The position numbers and the translations under genes are program-made. The notes beneath the pieces were generated by a model. It saw nothing but the letters and a program-made list of their open reading frames with translations. It ran no database searches and was not told the origin of the DNA. 64,000 nt of DNA from Squalus acanthias (taxonomy: Eukaryota). Shown one piece after another: positions 62,429-64,000 of the stretch (its first letter is position 1; each line of letters opens with the position of its first letter). The stretch covers positions 124,188,001-124,252,000 of the forward strand of contig CM059431.1 in the NCBI GenBank assembly GCA_030390025.1, given 5' to 3'.

Positions 62429-64000
62429 TGTAGAATTCGCAATTATCGCGATTTCATTTTAATAAGGAGAAAACACAAGTTTCGTTCAAAACAGCTTTTA
62501 TTTCAACGGAATGCTGTCAGGTTTAAATTAGACACAAGCAGCCTGTAAAATGGCCGCCGCACCGCGTGACAGAACATTCGAGACTTTTCGGCAGGCAGAC
62601 AAGATGGCGTTCCAATAAACATTTTTGCAGGATCGATAACGATTCAGCACAGTGAAGACATTACACAGGACATTATGGGTTTACAGTATAAACATCGATA
62701 CTGGAATCGGTCTCCCAGGTACAAAGGAAAGCCATCAAGGGCCCATCCAAAGGACATTAATATGTAAACTCCCAACGGCTCTACGATGAGAGAGCCGTTA
62801 GCAGGTAGTTATACAGGACACTTGGAAGCCCCAAACCCCTCCAGGGGGAACACCGACCGATTTAACAATGGGAGAAGTATTAGCAGGTACTCAAACATTC
62901 AGGAGTAGCCCCGAAACCCATTAAAGACAGAGATCACCCTTACAGGACTTTTTGGGCGCCAAACCTTAAACAAAAGAATGGACATTATAGTTGGGCGGGA
63001 AACGGAAGAACTGTGCACTATAATTGCAGGCCCAAACCGTCCATTCTGTCTCTTGACTCTTGATTCTTGCTCCTGCCTCGTGTTCGTGACTCTTGCCGCT
63101 TGCTGCTGTTATCATCGTGGCTGCTCCTGGGTAAAAGACTGTTGCAAAGACCTATGTTGGTAGCTGGCAGCGGAACCGAAGGCCCGGGATGAGATGAGAT
63201 GAGATGAGATGAGATGAGAGGAGAAGAGAAGAAGACCTTATCCATCGCCACGGTCAGTAAATCCCGACCGCGCCTGTAGGTCGATCAGCCAAGTCTTCTT
63301 GACAGGAAGTTCTCTTCTTTAACAAAACATATTGCATCGATGATAACTGGACTGTGCAAACACATCGTATCAGCGATATTGACAACGGTGCTCCACCATA
63401 CCCTGTATCCAACCAACAGAGGTCTTCACTACAGCGGACGGTCCAGCCGACTGACCGAGCAGCAGAAGCAGTAAACAAGTGGGACCAGGAGATCTCCTGA
63501 CCAACACGTGGGTGCTGCGGTGAAAAACATCCGATCAGCTATTCGGGATTTCTCCGAGTTATTACGAGTGGTGAGCATGAGTCTCGGGATCCTACGAAGC
63601 TAGTTTTAGGATAGTTATTGATAGGGGAGGGTTGAAAGTTTAAGGATATTTGTAATGTGTGCCCTATTTACGTTGTGCTGGTCGTTCCTCGTTTCCCTAA
63701 GAGTGATTATAACTGTTTGTAAGATTGTACTGTCATTCATCTGTGCATATGACATGTATTTCATAATTTTAAGTATCATGCAATAAAGATTTTCCATTTC
63801 GTACCGTTCAAACCAAGTCTACATGAGTTTTATCTCCATTACTGCTCTCGCATCTAAGTCCAGTGTCTAGAACCGTAAGGGAGAGTGATTCGAACCACTC
63901 ACAGGGGTGTCTAGTGTTCCCAGACTGGCTGGAGACCAGGCCTAGACCCGCACTGACATACAGGCTGCACAGAGCCGCGTGAACCTCACAGGCCACGAGA
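62429..64000 (+). mobile_element. LTR-like element, family A, running off the window end
   Basis: Starts TGTAGAATTCGC (reverse complement of the 35527 end). GC box at ~62993, TATAATT at ~63017, (GAGAT)n at ~63191-63215, AATAAA at 63782. Confidence 0.85.

Overview
Repeat-rich eukaryotic DNA. The repeat families (CR1 with esterase ORF1, Deu-domain tRNA SINEs, Penelope pLTRs, Harbinger) point to a vertebrate, most likely a cartilaginous fish (inference). Bases 1 to ~19170 are a tandem satellite of a ~35-bp unit with higher-order duplications. It is interrupted by one LTR-like insert and two Penelope-like inserts carrying hammerhead-ribozyme cores. The remaining 45 kb is nested transposon sequence: solo-LTR-like elements with 4-bp TSDs, CR1 and CR1/jockey-type LINEs, SINEs, a complete Tigger/pogo element, several decayed Harbinger copies and MITEs, and one near-intact two-gene Harbinger (37219-41508). 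No intact host gene was recognised. The most intriguing non-repeat signal is a colinear series of + strand peptide fragments at 30.0-36.0 kb resembling the CHRD domains of chordin, with in-frame stops. This may be a dead, divergent chordin-like gene; the call rests on recalled sequences and needs a profile search.
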